A stretch of 41,397 nucleotides of DNA, from NCBI GenBank assembly GCA_045653865.1, contig JAZOMJ010000067.1, forward strand, positions 1 through 41,397, in the 5' to 3' direction. This DNA is from Eubacteriales bacterium. GTDB lineage: Bacteria > Bacillota > Clostridia > Oscillospirales > CAG-272. Each line of letters begins with the position of its first letter. Positions within the stretch are counted from its first letter, which is position 1. The notes beneath the pieces are model-generated. The model made no database searches. It was not told the origin of the DNA and saw only the letters and a program-made list of their open reading frames with translations. Below, one piece after another: positions 7,441 to 17,313 of this stretch. Made by a program: the position numbers and the translations under genes.

Positions 7441-8574
7441 TTAAACCGTTGCTCCCTTATCGATGAAGAAGGGCATTGTTTCGTGGCCGGAGAGGGTTCT
7501 GCCCTCTTTGACGATGACGTTTTTATCGGCAACAACGCAGTTGAGGTGTACGTTATCTCCTACGTAGGTATCTTGCAACAAAATGCAGTTCTTTACAACC
7601 GTTCCCTTGCCTACGCGAACACCACGGAAGATGATGGAGTTTTCTACCTCGCCCTCAATGATGCAACCGTCGGCAATCATACTGTTGCTGATTTTTGCCG
7701 AGGAATCATACTTGGTGGGCGCGCTGTTGCGGATTTTGGTAAAGATTTGACGGTCGCGGTTGGCGAACAGATCGGCTCTGACGTCATCCTCAAGCATTTT
7801 CATAGATACGTTGAAATAGCTCTCGAGCGAGTTGACGGATGCGCAGAAGCCGTCGTAGATATACGCGCGAATGTTCTTCTTTTTGAGCTGACGTGCGAGA
7901 ATATCGTTGGAAAAGCTTGTGTAACGGTGTGCAATGGAATCGGAAACGATGTTTTGCAGATCCGCACGGCTGACAACCATCAGGTTGGTGTGTGCGTAGT
8001 AGTTGCCCTTTGTGGGAGCGGTGAAAGAAAGCGAGGTTACGCGGCCATCATCGGCAATGCCAACCACGTCGGCATTGTGGCCGAAGAGTGCATCCTTTGC
8101 GTTTACCTTTTTGGCAACCAAAGTAATGTATGCTTCGCTGCGAATGTGCTCCTCGATAACAGCGGAAAGATCGATGTTCATAATCACGTCGCAATCGCTG
8201 AGCACGATGTAGTCGGCTCCGCAACGGTTGATGAAGTTTGCAGAACCCATCAAGGCTTCGAGGCGGCTCTCATAGAGCTTGCCGGCGGCATGATTTTCGT
8301 ATGCGGTTACGTAGGGGGGCAAAATTTTGATACCACCCGAACGGCGTGCGAGATCCCAGTCCTTGCCCGCACCGATGTGGTCCATCAGAGATTGGTAGTT
8401 ATAGTGCGTAACAACACCAATGGTGTTAATGTCGGAATTGACCATGTTGGAAAGCGGAAAGTCGATAAGACGGTAGCGGCATGCAAAGGGAATGCTTGCC
8501 GTTGTGCGACGACGTGTCATTTCGGGAAAGCCTTGGTCTTGCTTGTTGGAAAAAATCAAACCTGCAACTGTCAT
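7441..8574 (-). CDS. glgD: Glucose-1-phosphate adenylyltransferase regulatory subunit GlgD
   Basis: 377 aa, paralogous to GlgC (RYRLIDFPLSN, left-handed beta-helix C-terminus), but the N-terminal GGxGxRL nucleotide loop is replaced (GLIFSNKQDQGFPE). Its position after glgC is as in the Bacillus glgBCDAP operon. Confidence 0.9.
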   Translation of the reverse strand: MTVAGLIFSNKQDQGFPEMTRRRTTASIPFACRYRLIDFPLSNMVNSDINTIGVVTHYNYQSLMDHIGAGKDWDLARRSGGIKILPPYVTAYENHAAGKLYESRLEALMGSANFINRCGADYIVLSDCDVIMNIDLSAVIEEHIRSEAYITLVAKKVNAKDALFGHNADVVGIADDGRVTSLSFTAPTKGNYYAHTNLMVVSRADLQNIVSDSIAHRYTSFSNDILARQLKKKNIRAYIYDGFCASVNSLESYFNVSMKMLEDDVRADLFANRDRQIFTKIRNSAPTKYDSSAKISNSMIADGCIIEGEVENSIIFRGVRVGKGTVVKNCILLQDTYVGDNVHLNCVVADKNVIVKEGRTLSGHETMPFFIDKGATV

Positions 8575-8590
8575 AGTCCTCTACCTCCAC

Positions 8591-9775
8591 TTAAGATTCG
8601 GAGAGCATCGCGCCGGGGGCAACGATCTCGCCTGATTTCACAACTACGTCGGCACCAACTACGGCAATTTCGGCACCGCTCTCGCGAGCGGCTCCTACGG
8701 TTGCCTTTTTGCCAACGGTTACTTTTTCGTCAAGAATTGCATAACGAACAGTGGCATCCTCTTCGATGGTGACGTCATTCATAATAACGCTATCCTCTAC
8801 AATAGCACCCTTGCCCACGGTTACGTGTGCACCGAGAACACTGTTTTTCACGGTGCCGTAAATTTGACAGCCTGCCGTAACAGAGGAATTTTCAACAACG
8901 GCTCCCTTTGCGATGTATTGCGGGGGTTGTGCCGTGTGACGGCTGTAAATTCTCCAAGATTCATCGAGGAGAGAGAACGCAGGAGTATCTCCCAACAGAT
9001 CCATATTCGCTTCCCACAAGGAGCTGATGGTTCCAACGTCTTTCCAGTATCCCTCAAAGGAGTAGGACATCATCTTCTCGCCCTTCTCAAGCATGGTGGG
9101 AATGATGTTCTTGCCGAAGTCGTTGGAGGATGTGGGATCGTCGTTGTCGGCCTTGAGATATGCTTCGAGCTTATCCTTGGTGAACACGTAAATACCCATA
9201 GATGCCTTGGTGCTATCGGGGTTCTTCGGTTTTTCGGTAAACTTGTAAATAGAGCCATCCTCATTTGTGCTCATAATGCCAAAGCGACTGGCTTCTTCCA
9301 GCGGAACGTCGAGAACCGCAATGGTGCAAGCGGCACCGCTCTTTTTGTGTTGCTCGAGCATTTTTGCGTAGTCCATTTTGTAGATGTGGTCGCCCGAGAG
9401 AATGAGCACGTATTTTGCATCGTAACGGTTGATGAACTCCATGTTTTGCCAAATGGCGTTTGCGGTTCCGCGATACCAATCGGCACCGCTCTGCCCTTGA
9501 TAGGGCGCGAGAATTTGAACGCCGCCAAAACGACGGTCAAGATCCCATGCAAGTCCGTTGCCGATGTATTCGTTGAGGAGCAAGGGACGGTATTGAGTGA
9601 GGACACCTACGGTATCGACACCCGAGTTGATGCAGTTGGAAAGAGGAAAATCGATAATGCGGTATTTGCCGCCAAAGGATACTGCCGGTTTTGCGGTTTT
9701 TTGAGTAAGTGCGTAAAGTCTGCTGCCTTGTCCTCCGGCGAGAAGCATGGCAACGCATTCTTTTTTCTTAAACAT
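8591..9775 (-). CDS. glgC: Glucose-1-phosphate adenylyltransferase
   Basis: 394 aa with [22 protein letters not shown]...[17 protein letters not shown] lies upstream of the ATG at 9775. Confidence 0.95.
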
Positions 9776-11777
9776 GGTGCGCGTTTCCTCCTTGGAATAT
9801 TTTTATATAATATTTTTGTTTTTTGACCTCACTCTGCACTCTGCATTCTGCACTCCTTTGTGCTCTGCACTTTTTCAGTACCACCGCGCCCATAGGGGGC
9901 AGGGTGATGGAGACTGCGTGCGTGTATCCGCGCGGCAGGGTGCACTTTTTGGCGGTGAGGATACCCTTGTTGAGGTTCCCTTCTCCACCAAACTCGGTGG
10001 CGTCGCTGTTGAAAACTTCCTCGTATTTTCCTGCCTTGGGAACGGCGGCGAGAAAGCCCTCGCGCTTTTCGGGCAAGAAATTGAGATAGACAACGAGTTC
10101 TTCCCTATTTTTTGCAATACGTCTGTAAGAAAGAATACTCTCTTGGCTATTATCGGGGTCGATCCACTCAAAGGATGCGGGACCCTCGTCGGCATTCCAA
10201 AGTTCGGGGTGCTCTAAATAGAAATGATTGAGACGGGACACGAACAATTGATACTTTGCGTGCATATCATAGTCAAGCATGAACCATTCAATGCCACCAT
10301 CGTAATCCCACTCGCGGAAGACGCCAAGCTCCGAGCCCATAAAGAGCAGCTTTTTGCCCGGATGCGTCATCATATAGGTGAGATACGTGCGCGCTCCCGC
10401 AAATTTGGTGGCATAATCCCCTGCCATTTTGTCGAGCAGAGACTTTTTACCGTGTACCACTTCGTCGTGCGAGATGGAAAGCACGTAGTGCTCGCCAAAG
10501 GAATACATAATGGAAAAATTCATTTTGCCGTGGTGGTAAGAGCGCCATTGGGGTTCCTCTTTTACATAGGAAAGCGTATCATTCATCCACCCCATGTTCC
10601 ACTTGTAGGAAAAGCCGAGACCACCGTTTTCAAAACCCGTAATTTGCACAATGGCTGCGGATTCCTCGGCAATGGTCATCACGTCGGGGTAGTTCGCGGC
10701 AAGATAGCCGTTCATTTTTTGAAAGAATGCAATCGCTTCGAGATTGCGGTTGTCACCGTAAATATTGGGGCACCACTCGCCCGGGGCTTTGTCGTAATCG
10801 AGATAGAGCATTGCCGCCATTGCATCTACGCGGAGCGCGTCGACGTGGCATTCCTTGAGCCAATAAACGGCGTTGGAAATGAGAAAGCTTTGCACTTCCT
10901 CGCGGCCAAGGTCAAAGCAACGTGTGCCCCAGCCCTTGTGCTCTTGGCGGTCGAGCCCTTGGTATTCGTAGAGGGGCTGTCCGTCAAATTCGTAAAGACC
11001 GTGGGCATCCTTTGCAAAATGCGCGGGAACCCAATCGAGAATGACACCGATGCCCGCCTCGTGCATGGCATCTACAAACGCCATAAAATCTTTGGGGCTT
11101 CCAAAACGAGACGTGGGTGCGTAATAGCCGCAAACTTGATAGCCCCACGATCCATCAAAGGGATATTCGCTCACGGGCATCAATTCGACGTGCGTGTAGC
11201 CCATTTGCTTGAGATAGGGGGCAAGGTCTCCTGCGGTTTCGGCATAAGAGTAATAACTGCCGTCATCATGGCGCTTCCAAGAACCGAGATGCATCTCGTA
11301 AACGTTGAGCGGTTGAGAGAGATAATTTGCGCGGTTGAAATGCTTTTTGCGGTAGTTGAGCCACCCCGTATCACGCCAAGTGTAGCCACCGATGTTGCAA
11401 ATCAGCGAGGCGGTTTCGGGCGGACGTTGCATAGAAAAACCGTAGGGGTCGGCTTTGAGAAGCTCGCGACCGCGGTTGCGGATGCAGTATTTGTAGCACT
11501 GCCCTATTGCCACACGGCTTGCGGGAAGCGTCAGCTCCCACACACCGCGCTCAGTGATGCGTGTCATGGGGTCGGCATCGCGATTCCAATCATTGAAGTC
11601 ACCGCACACCGAAACAAACTCGGCGTTGGGTGCCCAAACGCGAAAGGTGATCTCCTCGCCCGCAAAGTGCGCGCCAAGATATTCGTATGCGTAAAAATTG
11701 GTTCCTTGATGGAACAAGTATGCCGCCATATCCTGCGGCAGAGCGGCAGATGCCGCCGTGCGTTTTGATTTGCGCAA
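9768..11777 (-). CDS. glgB: 1,4-alpha-glucan branching enzyme (GH13_9)
   Basis: Motifs [25 protein letters not shown] and [10 protein letters not shown].

**Start is uncertain.** TTG at 11777 with GGAGGG 6 nt upstream is preferred. Alternatives are ATG at 11729 (no SD) and ATG at 11918, which coincides with the predicted transcription start.

The stop overlaps the glgC start by 8 nt. Confidence 0.9.
9829..9870 (-). repeat. Tandem heptamers AGTGCAG/AATGCAG (sense orientation on the minus strand)
   Basis: The plus strand reads ctctgcact ctgcatt ctgcact ... ctctgcact. The repeats lie in the last 35 codons of the glgB ORF, just upstream of the glgC RBS. Confidence 0.7.
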
Positions 11778-11923
11778 GAGATTCCCTCCTTCCCCATTGT
11801 ATGCCTTGGTAGTATAACCCAAAATGCGCTCGGTTATCCGATTTTTGCCCTTTTTGGCAATCACGCTTTCGGCTTTTTTCAAAATGAGGCCATAGTTCCC
11901 CATTTTGGATTCTATCATATGTT

Positions 11924-11952
11924 ATTTTATCACAAATTTTTATACTTGTCAA
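11924..11952 (-). promoter_or_regulatory. glg operon promoter (TTGACA-17-TGaTAAAAT, extended -10)
   Basis: The minus strand reads TTGACA (11952-11947), agtataaaaatttgtga (17 nt), TAAAAT (11929-11924). The predicted start site is around 11916-11918. Confidence 0.6.
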
Positions 11953-12128
11953 TGTGTAATATGCACAAATAAAATTACAAACAACTTATTTTTTTAATTT
12001 TATTATCACACACGCGCGTGAATGCGACAAAAAACGAGGGGGTTGCGCGGTGTTGTACGCTTTCGTTTTCTACTGCACACCGCCAAATAATCACTCTGTA
12101 CGTCATCCCCTACAAGGGATTCTTTCAC

Positions 12129-12192
12129 TCTTCTTTCTGTATTCTTCTTTCTGTATCCTTCTTTCTGCACTCTTTTTTCTGCGTTCTGCACT
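12129..12192 (-). repeat. Degenerate tandem repeat (plus strand CTTCTTTCTGYAYT x4; minus strand AGTGCAG/ATACAG-AAAGAAG)
   Basis: The plus strand reads cttctttctgtatt cttctttctgtatc cttctttctgcact cttttttctgcgtt ctgcact, immediately 3' of the lipoprotein gene stop. Confidence 0.65.
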
Positions 12193-12677
12193 TATATGTT
12201 CTCCCACCAGATGACGCGCAGGTGGATGTCCTCGCGCTCAAGCGAGAGAGGTGTACCGTTTTGGGATAGCGTCAACGTCTCGCCCGTGGGGAACGTCAGC
12301 ACTCTGTTTTCCCCCTCTTTTTGCACGCTATTTGCATCCCCGTGTTGCAAAAACGCGGTGGCAGGGCGCAAAAATCCTGCAACCTCGCAAGGGTCACAAG
12401 AAAAGCTAACATCTCCCAAAGAGACCTCGCACGTCTCTTCCTCGGTGACAAAAATCATCCCCTTGAGTGACTCGGGAGAGAGATACTCCACGCGCACACG
12501 CTCACCGTTCTTGGCGATTTCCACAACTGCCGAGAATGCCACACCGCTCATCTCGCCCACAACCTCGGCGCGACCGCCCTCGCTCAAATAGTCAAGACTG
12601 CCCCCTCCCGACGTGCACCCAAGCGCCCACGACGACATCAGTACGACAACAAATAGCAAAAAATGTCGAATTTTCAT
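12192..12677 (-). CDS. Small putative lipoprotein, unknown function
   Basis: 161 aa from the ATG at 12677, with GAGGAGG upstream. The signal peptide MKIRHFLLFVVVLMSSWALGC ends in a lipobox-like cysteine. The longer ORF start at 12743 would translate repeat arm E and is rejected. Confidence 0.75.
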   Translation of the reverse strand: MKIRHFLLFVVVLMSSWALGCTSGGGSLDYLSEGGRAEVVGEMSGVAFSAVVEIAKNGERVRVEYLSPESLKGMIFVTEEETCEVSLGDVSFSCDPCEVAGFLRPATAFLQHGDANSVQKEGENRVLTFPTGETLTLSQNGTPLSLEREDIHLRVIWWENI

Positions 12678-12727
12678 CTCTTTTCCTCCTCTAATCTGCG
12701 CAATCAGCAGGGCTGAGCTTAACAAAG

Positions 12728-12918
12728 TCAACCCTTCCGTCATTTTCTTGCGAAAATGCCACCTCCCCTTACACAGGGGAGGCCTTGGGGTTCCGCCCCT
12801 TTAAATGTGTCTTTCCTTGTTTTTTATGCAGATACGTTCTTTATACGTAAGCCGTGCTTTGTTTTCTGCCTCCCCTGTGCAAGGGGAGGTGTCTGCTGCA
12901 GGCAGACGGAAGGGTTGG
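12728..12918. repeat. Tail-out pair E of type I double-hairpin arms (12728-12783 inverted, 12868-12918 direct) around an 84-nt core
   Basis: The left arm is tcaacccttccgtcattttcttgcgaaaatgccacctccccttacacaggggaggc. The right arm is gcctcccctgtgcaaggggaggtgtctgctgcaggcagacggaagggttgg. The pair lies in the divergent lipoprotein/alr intergenic region. Confidence 0.85.
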
Positions 12919-13000
12919 CTTTTGTCTGCAATTTTTATGTGTGTTTTCAGTCTCTTATAACTATTTTTATGAGAAATTTTGAAAAAGATGCAAAAAGGGA

Positions 13001-13029
13001 TTGCAATATTTGTCTGATAATGGTATAAT
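13001..13029 (+). promoter_or_regulatory. alr promoter (TTGCAA-17-TGgTATAAT)
   Basis: TTGCAA (13001-13006), tatttgtctgataatgg (17 nt), TATAAT (13024-13029) with an upstream TG. It lies 34 nt before the alr ATG. Confidence 0.6.
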
Positions 13030-13062
13030 AAATAGAGTATTTTGTAAGAAAGGTGGAACGCA

Positions 13063-14298
13063 ATGAAAACATCTCCCGACGAAACCGCAAAGACCCCTCC
13101 CCCCATATTTTTTTACAATTCAACAAAGCGCGCAGAGATTGACATTGGCGCTCTGGAAAACAACTATCGAGCTTGCCTTGAAAAGATTCGACAAACCTCT
13201 CCGCAAACACGCATTATTTCGGTTGTGAAAGCCGACGGTTACGGACACGGCTCCAATACCTGCGTATGGACTCTTTTGGATGAAGGTTGTGACTTTTTTG
13301 CGGTCTCCTGCCTTGAGGAAGCCTACCCCGTGAATTATCAAGCAGAGGGAAAGGCTGACGTTCTCATTCTCGGTTACACAATTCCAAAGCCGCAAACCGT
13401 GCAAGAATTGATAAAGTTCGATTTTATTCAAACACTCCTCTCCCCCGACTATGCGCGCGAGCTTGCCGCCCTCATCAAAGAGGAAAATCTCCCACCGCTT
13501 CGCGTTCACATTGCGGTTGACACGGGCATGGGGCGCATCGGCTACCCGGCTCGCACCGACGCGGAGATAGAAGAAACCGTGCAAAACATCCTCTCGCTCC
13601 AAGAGGAGAGTGCATTTGAAATTTGCGGTATGTTTACGCACTTTGCGCGCGCCGACGAAGCGCTTGCCACCTCAAAAGAAAAAACCAATCTGCAAGCCGC
13701 TCGCTACCGACGTCTCAAAGAAAAGCTTGAGGAGCGTGGCATGGTTATTCCCTTTCACCACGTGAGCAACAGTGCCGCCGCACTGACACGCCCAGATGAT
13801 GCTTTTGACGGTGTGCGGCTCGGTCTTGCGCTTTACACACCGCCCACATATAAGCCAAAACGCCTGAATTTGCAACCTGTTATGCATCTTTCGGCAGATA
13901 TTGTGCATATTCAAACGGTTCCTGCAGGCGAATCGGTCGGCTATGGCGGTCGGTTTACTGCCCTTAACGATACCGTTATCGGCGTTCTCCCCATTGGATA
14001 TGCCGACGGCATTCCGCGCTCTCTCCGCGGTGCAACGCTCACTTTGCACACGCAAAGCGGAGACTTTCCCGTAAAAATGATTGGCAGCATTTGCATGGAC
14101 CAATGTATGATTGATCTTTCGGGTATTGATGCAAGGGTTGGCGATCGCGTCAGCTTTTTCGGTCACACCCCCACTGCTCTTGAAAAACTTGCAACACACG
14201 CAGGCACCATTCCCTATGAGTTGCTTTGTGCCATCTCCTTGCGCGTTCCACGCAAGATTATTCGCCCAAAACAAAAACAAGAAGAAAACGAGGATTAA
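13063..14298 (+). CDS. alr: Alanine racemase
   Basis: 411 aa with the PLP-lysine motif VVKADGYGHG and the C-terminal beta-domain motif SICMDQCMIDL. AGGTGG RBS. Confidence 0.92.
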   Translation: MKTSPDETAKTPPPIFFYNSTKRAEIDIGALENNYRACLEKIRQTSPQTRIISVVKADGYGHGSNTCVWTLLDEGCDFFAVSCLEEAYPVNYQAEGKADVLILGYTIPKPQTVQELIKFDFIQTLLSPDYARELAALIKEENLPPLRVHIAVDTGMGRIGYPARTDAEIEETVQNILSLQEESAFEICGMFTHFARADEALATSKEKTNLQAARYRRLKEKLEERGMVIPFHHVSNSAAALTRPDDAFDGVRLGLALYTPPTYKPKRLNLQPVMHLSADIVHIQTVPAGESVGYGGRFTALNDTVIGVLPIGYADGIPRSLRGATLTLHTQSGDFPVKMIGSICMDQCMIDLSGIDARVGDRVSFFGHTPTALEKLATHAGTIPYELLCAISLRVPRKIIRPKQKQEENED

Positions 14299-14301
14299 AA
14301 A

Positions 14302-15039
14302 ATGAAAAGATTTGTAAAACTTGCCGCATTGTGCATGGTTATAACCCTGCTCTCTTTGAGTGTGTTCTCCACACTCTTGACTGTACAAGCTTCTACCTCC
14401 TTTATGGTTGGCACTGGCGATATTGGCGAAGGCGTTGGAAAACAAACAACTCTTGTTGATTTTGCCAACTCTGACCTTGACGGCTTTGCTCCCTACAGCG
14501 GAACCGAATCCTTGTACTTTGGCTCCTCTGCTGTTTGGGGTACCGACGTACTCAAGACCAAACTCTCCTCCCCCGAGAACGAGGAAGGAATTACAAAAAC
14601 CTTTGCCGATGCCTCGATTTTAGCAGACGTATCTACACTTTCGATACAACAGGTTGCACAAACCACCGCTTACACGGTAACCCTTCGCCTTTCGGGTACC
14701 GATAAGGATGGTGCTCCTATTGCTTACGTAGCATACGTGAACGCTACCTCTAACGAATGGCAAACCATTACCTTTGATATTGCTACCTTTTCTTCTTTGA
14801 TCGACACCACCGCCCCTCTTTCCATCACCATTTTGGGCTCTGCCAAGAACGAAGAGAATGCAGGCGCTTCTTGGATGATCAAATCTCTTTACATCTGCAC
14901 GCCCGAAACATTCCCCGAAATCATCATTCCTTTGGTTGCCGCTATTTGCGGATTGACCATAGGTGTTATTCTTTTGGTTGTTATTTATCGCACCGTATGC
15001 AAGAAAAACAGACGTCCTCGCTGGGAAGAGGAGTTCTAA
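14302..15039 (+). CDS. Secreted protein with a C-terminal membrane anchor, unknown function
   Basis: 245 aa. It has an N-terminal signal peptide (MKRFVKLAALCMVITLLSLSVFSTLLTVQA), a C-terminal TM helix (IIIPLVAAICGLTIGVILLVVIY) followed by a basic tail, and a GAGGA RBS. Confidence 0.75.
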   Translation: MKRFVKLAALCMVITLLSLSVFSTLLTVQASTSFMVGTGDIGEGVGKQTTLVDFANSDLDGFAPYSGTESLYFGSSAVWGTDVLKTKLSSPENEEGITKTFADASILADVSTLSIQQVAQTTAYTVTLRLSGTDKDGAPIAYVAYVNATSNEWQTITFDIATFSSLIDTTAPLSITILGSAKNEENAGASWMIKSLYICTPETFPEIIIPLVAAICGLTIGVILLVVIYRTVCKKNRRPRWEEEF

Positions 15040-15040
15040 T

Positions 15041-15877
15041 ATGTCGTTAAATGTAAAATATGAGCACAAGCTGCAGGATATTGCGTTTTTGAGCGGACAC
15101 CACATTCAATATATACCGCATCTGCACCGTGAATTGGAGCTCATTTGCCTTTTAGAGGGTGACGTGATTGCTTATGCCGACTCGGTGCGATACGAGTTGC
15201 ACGCAGGCGATATCTTTCTCACCTTCCCCAACCAAATTCACTCCTACGAAAAGGTCACCGAGGAAACACACGTTGGCTTTATCTTTAAGCCCGACCTGCT
15301 TCCCGAATTGATGGAGACCTTTACCATTGGCACGCCAACCTCCCCCGTAATTGCAGGAGCGGCAAACGATCCGCGCATCCGCGCACTCATCGACGCCCTG
15401 ACCGATACGGTAACACGTGAGGGATTTTCGCACGTATCCGAGTTGCGTCGCGGATACTTGTTGGCACTTTGCGCAGAACTCATCCCGATGATGAAAATTT
15501 CCAAGCTCCCCGTGGGTGACTCCGAATCTTTGAGAACCATCGTTTCGTTTTGCACGCAAAACTATGCCGAAAATCTGTCTCTTTCCCTGTTGGAAGAAAA
15601 GCTCCATTTGAATAAGTTTTATATTTCGCACTTGTTCAGCGGTCGCCTTGGCTTGCGCTTTAACGATTACATCAATTCTTTGCGCGTCTCCGAGGCGTGC
15701 AGATATCTACTCAACTCGTCCTTGAGCATTACGGAAATCGGCTCGCTTGTGGGCTTTAACACCCCTCGCACCTTTAACCGCGCGTTTATCAAACAGTTGG
15801 GGCTTTCCCCCTCGGAATATCGCAAGCAACGTATGCCTGAGATGCGTGCGCACGTAAAAAGACTCTCCGAGGAGTAA
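15041..15877 (+). CDS. AraC-family transcriptional regulator (cupin sensor + HTH)
   Basis: 278 aa from the ATG at 15041, with GAGGAG upstream. C-terminal AraC HTH region (SITEIGSLVGFNTPRTFNRAFIKQLGLSPSEYRK). The raw ORF start at 14963 overlaps the previous gene and is rejected. Confidence 0.88.
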   Translation: MSLNVKYEHKLQDIAFLSGHHIQYIPHLHRELELICLLEGDVIAYADSVRYELHAGDIFLTFPNQIHSYEKVTEETHVGFIFKPDLLPELMETFTIGTPTSPVIAGAANDPRIRALIDALTDTVTREGFSHVSELRRGYLLALCAELIPMMKISKLPVGDSESLRTIVSFCTQNYAENLSLSLLEEKLHLNKFYISHLFSGRLGLRFNDYINSLRVSEACRYLLNSSLSITEIGSLVGFNTPRTFNRAFIKQLGLSPSEYRKQRMPEMRAHVKRLSEE

Positions 15878-15964
15878 AAAACACACCTGCGACATCCTTT
15901 TTGTCGCTTATGTCTTATTAAAAAAGCAAAGAATAGCAACATTTGTCTGATTGGAGAATAAATT

Positions 15965-17206
15965 ATGAGCCAAATTAAGGATATCAACCTCGCGCCCTCG
16001 GGTGCCGATAAAATTGCGTGGGTGGCTTCCTACACCCCCATCCTCAATAAAATAAAAGAAGAATTTGAAAGAACCAAGCCCTTTGCAGGCATGAAAATTT
16101 CGATGTCTATTCACCTCGAAGCCAAGACCGCCTATCTTGCAAAGGTTTTGCGCGCAGGCGGTGCTGAGGTTTGGGTAACAGGATGCAATCCTCTTTCCAC
16201 CCAAGACGACGTTGCCGCGGCTCTTGCTGCCGAGGGCTTCCCTGTTCACGCCATCCACGGCGTATCGATGGAAGAATACGTTGAGCACCTCAAAATGACA
16301 CTTTCCTGCTGCCCTGATCTGATCATCGACGACGGTGGAGATCTCATTTCTCTGCTTCACGGCGAATGCCGCGAATACGGAAAGAATCTCATTGGCGGTT
16401 GCGAAGAAACCACCACGGGTATTCACCGTCTCCTCTCCCGCGAAAAAGCAGGACTCCTCGACTACACCATGATCGACGTAAACGATGCCGATTGCAAGCA
16501 TTTGTTTGACAATCGCTACGGCACAGGACAATCGACCATGGACGGTATTATGAACGCCACCAACCTGATTATTGCAGGCAAAACCGTTGTAATTGCGGGC
16601 TACGGGTGGTGCGGAAAGGGCTTTGCGATGCGCGCCAAGGGTATGGGCGCTGTGGTGATTGTTACCGAGGTTGACCCCATCAAAGCCATTGAAGCAACCA
16701 TGGACGGCTTTAGTGTAATGCCTATGGACGAGGCAGCAAAATACGGCGATTTGTTTGTCACCCTCACCGGTTGTGCGGACGTGCTTGTAAAGCGTCACTT
16801 TGAAACAATGAAGGATGGCGTACTCCTTGCCAACAGCGGTCACTTTGACGTGGAAATCAACAAAGATCACCTTGCAGAACTCGCCACCGAAATTTGGGAA
16901 CGCAAGCCCAACATTCGCGGCTACCGCATGGCGGACGGTCGCGTGCTCAACCTCCTCGCCGACGGTCGACTCGTCAACCTGGCGGCAGGCAACGGCCACC
17001 CTGCAGAGATTATGGATATGTCCTTCGGCATTCAAGCAAAGGGGCTTGAATACCTTGCAAAGCACGGCAAGGAAATGGACAAAAAAGTGTACGCAGTGCC
17101 CGCCGAAATCGACCGTGAAGTGGCACTCATTAAGCTCAATTCCACCGGTGTTCACATCGACACCCTCACCCCCGAGCAAGAGGAATACCTCGCTCGCGTT
17201 GAGTGA
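15965..17206 (+). CDS. ahcY: Adenosylhomocysteinase (short bacterial/archaeal type)
   Basis: 413 aa with the NAD-binding loop VVIAGYGWCGKGFA and the N-terminal substrate domain (HLEAKTAYLAKVL). GGAGA RBS. Confidence 0.93.
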   Translation: MSQIKDINLAPSGADKIAWVASYTPILNKIKEEFERTKPFAGMKISMSIHLEAKTAYLAKVLRAGGAEVWVTGCNPLSTQDDVAAALAAEGFPVHAIHGVSMEEYVEHLKMTLSCCPDLIIDDGGDLISLLHGECREYGKNLIGGCEETTTGIHRLLSREKAGLLDYTMIDVNDADCKHLFDNRYGTGQSTMDGIMNATNLIIAGKTVVIAGYGWCGKGFAMRAKGMGAVVIVTEVDPIKAIEATMDGFSVMPMDEAAKYGDLFVTLTGCADVLVKRHFETMKDGVLLANSGHFDVEINKDHLAELATEIWERKPNIRGYRMADGRVLNLLADGRLVNLAAGNGHPAEIMDMSFGIQAKGLEYLAKHGKEMDKKVYAVPAEIDREVALIKLNSTGVHIDTLTPEQEEYLARVE

Positions 17207-17313
17207 TTTTCGAACAACTATTTTCCCTTTTATTCCTAATTTGTTATTTATTGACAATAGCAATATTTGTCTTGTTTTCGTTTTGAGTTCAAATTTGAAG
17301 GAGTTCCCTCTCA

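Noticed and set aside
11953-12128. Possible small RNA or gene in the AT-rich 240-nt gap between the glg promoter and the lipoprotein gene
   Set aside because: There is no convincing promoter-terminator pair, no ORF with an SD, and no conserved-looking structure by eye. It is left unannotated.
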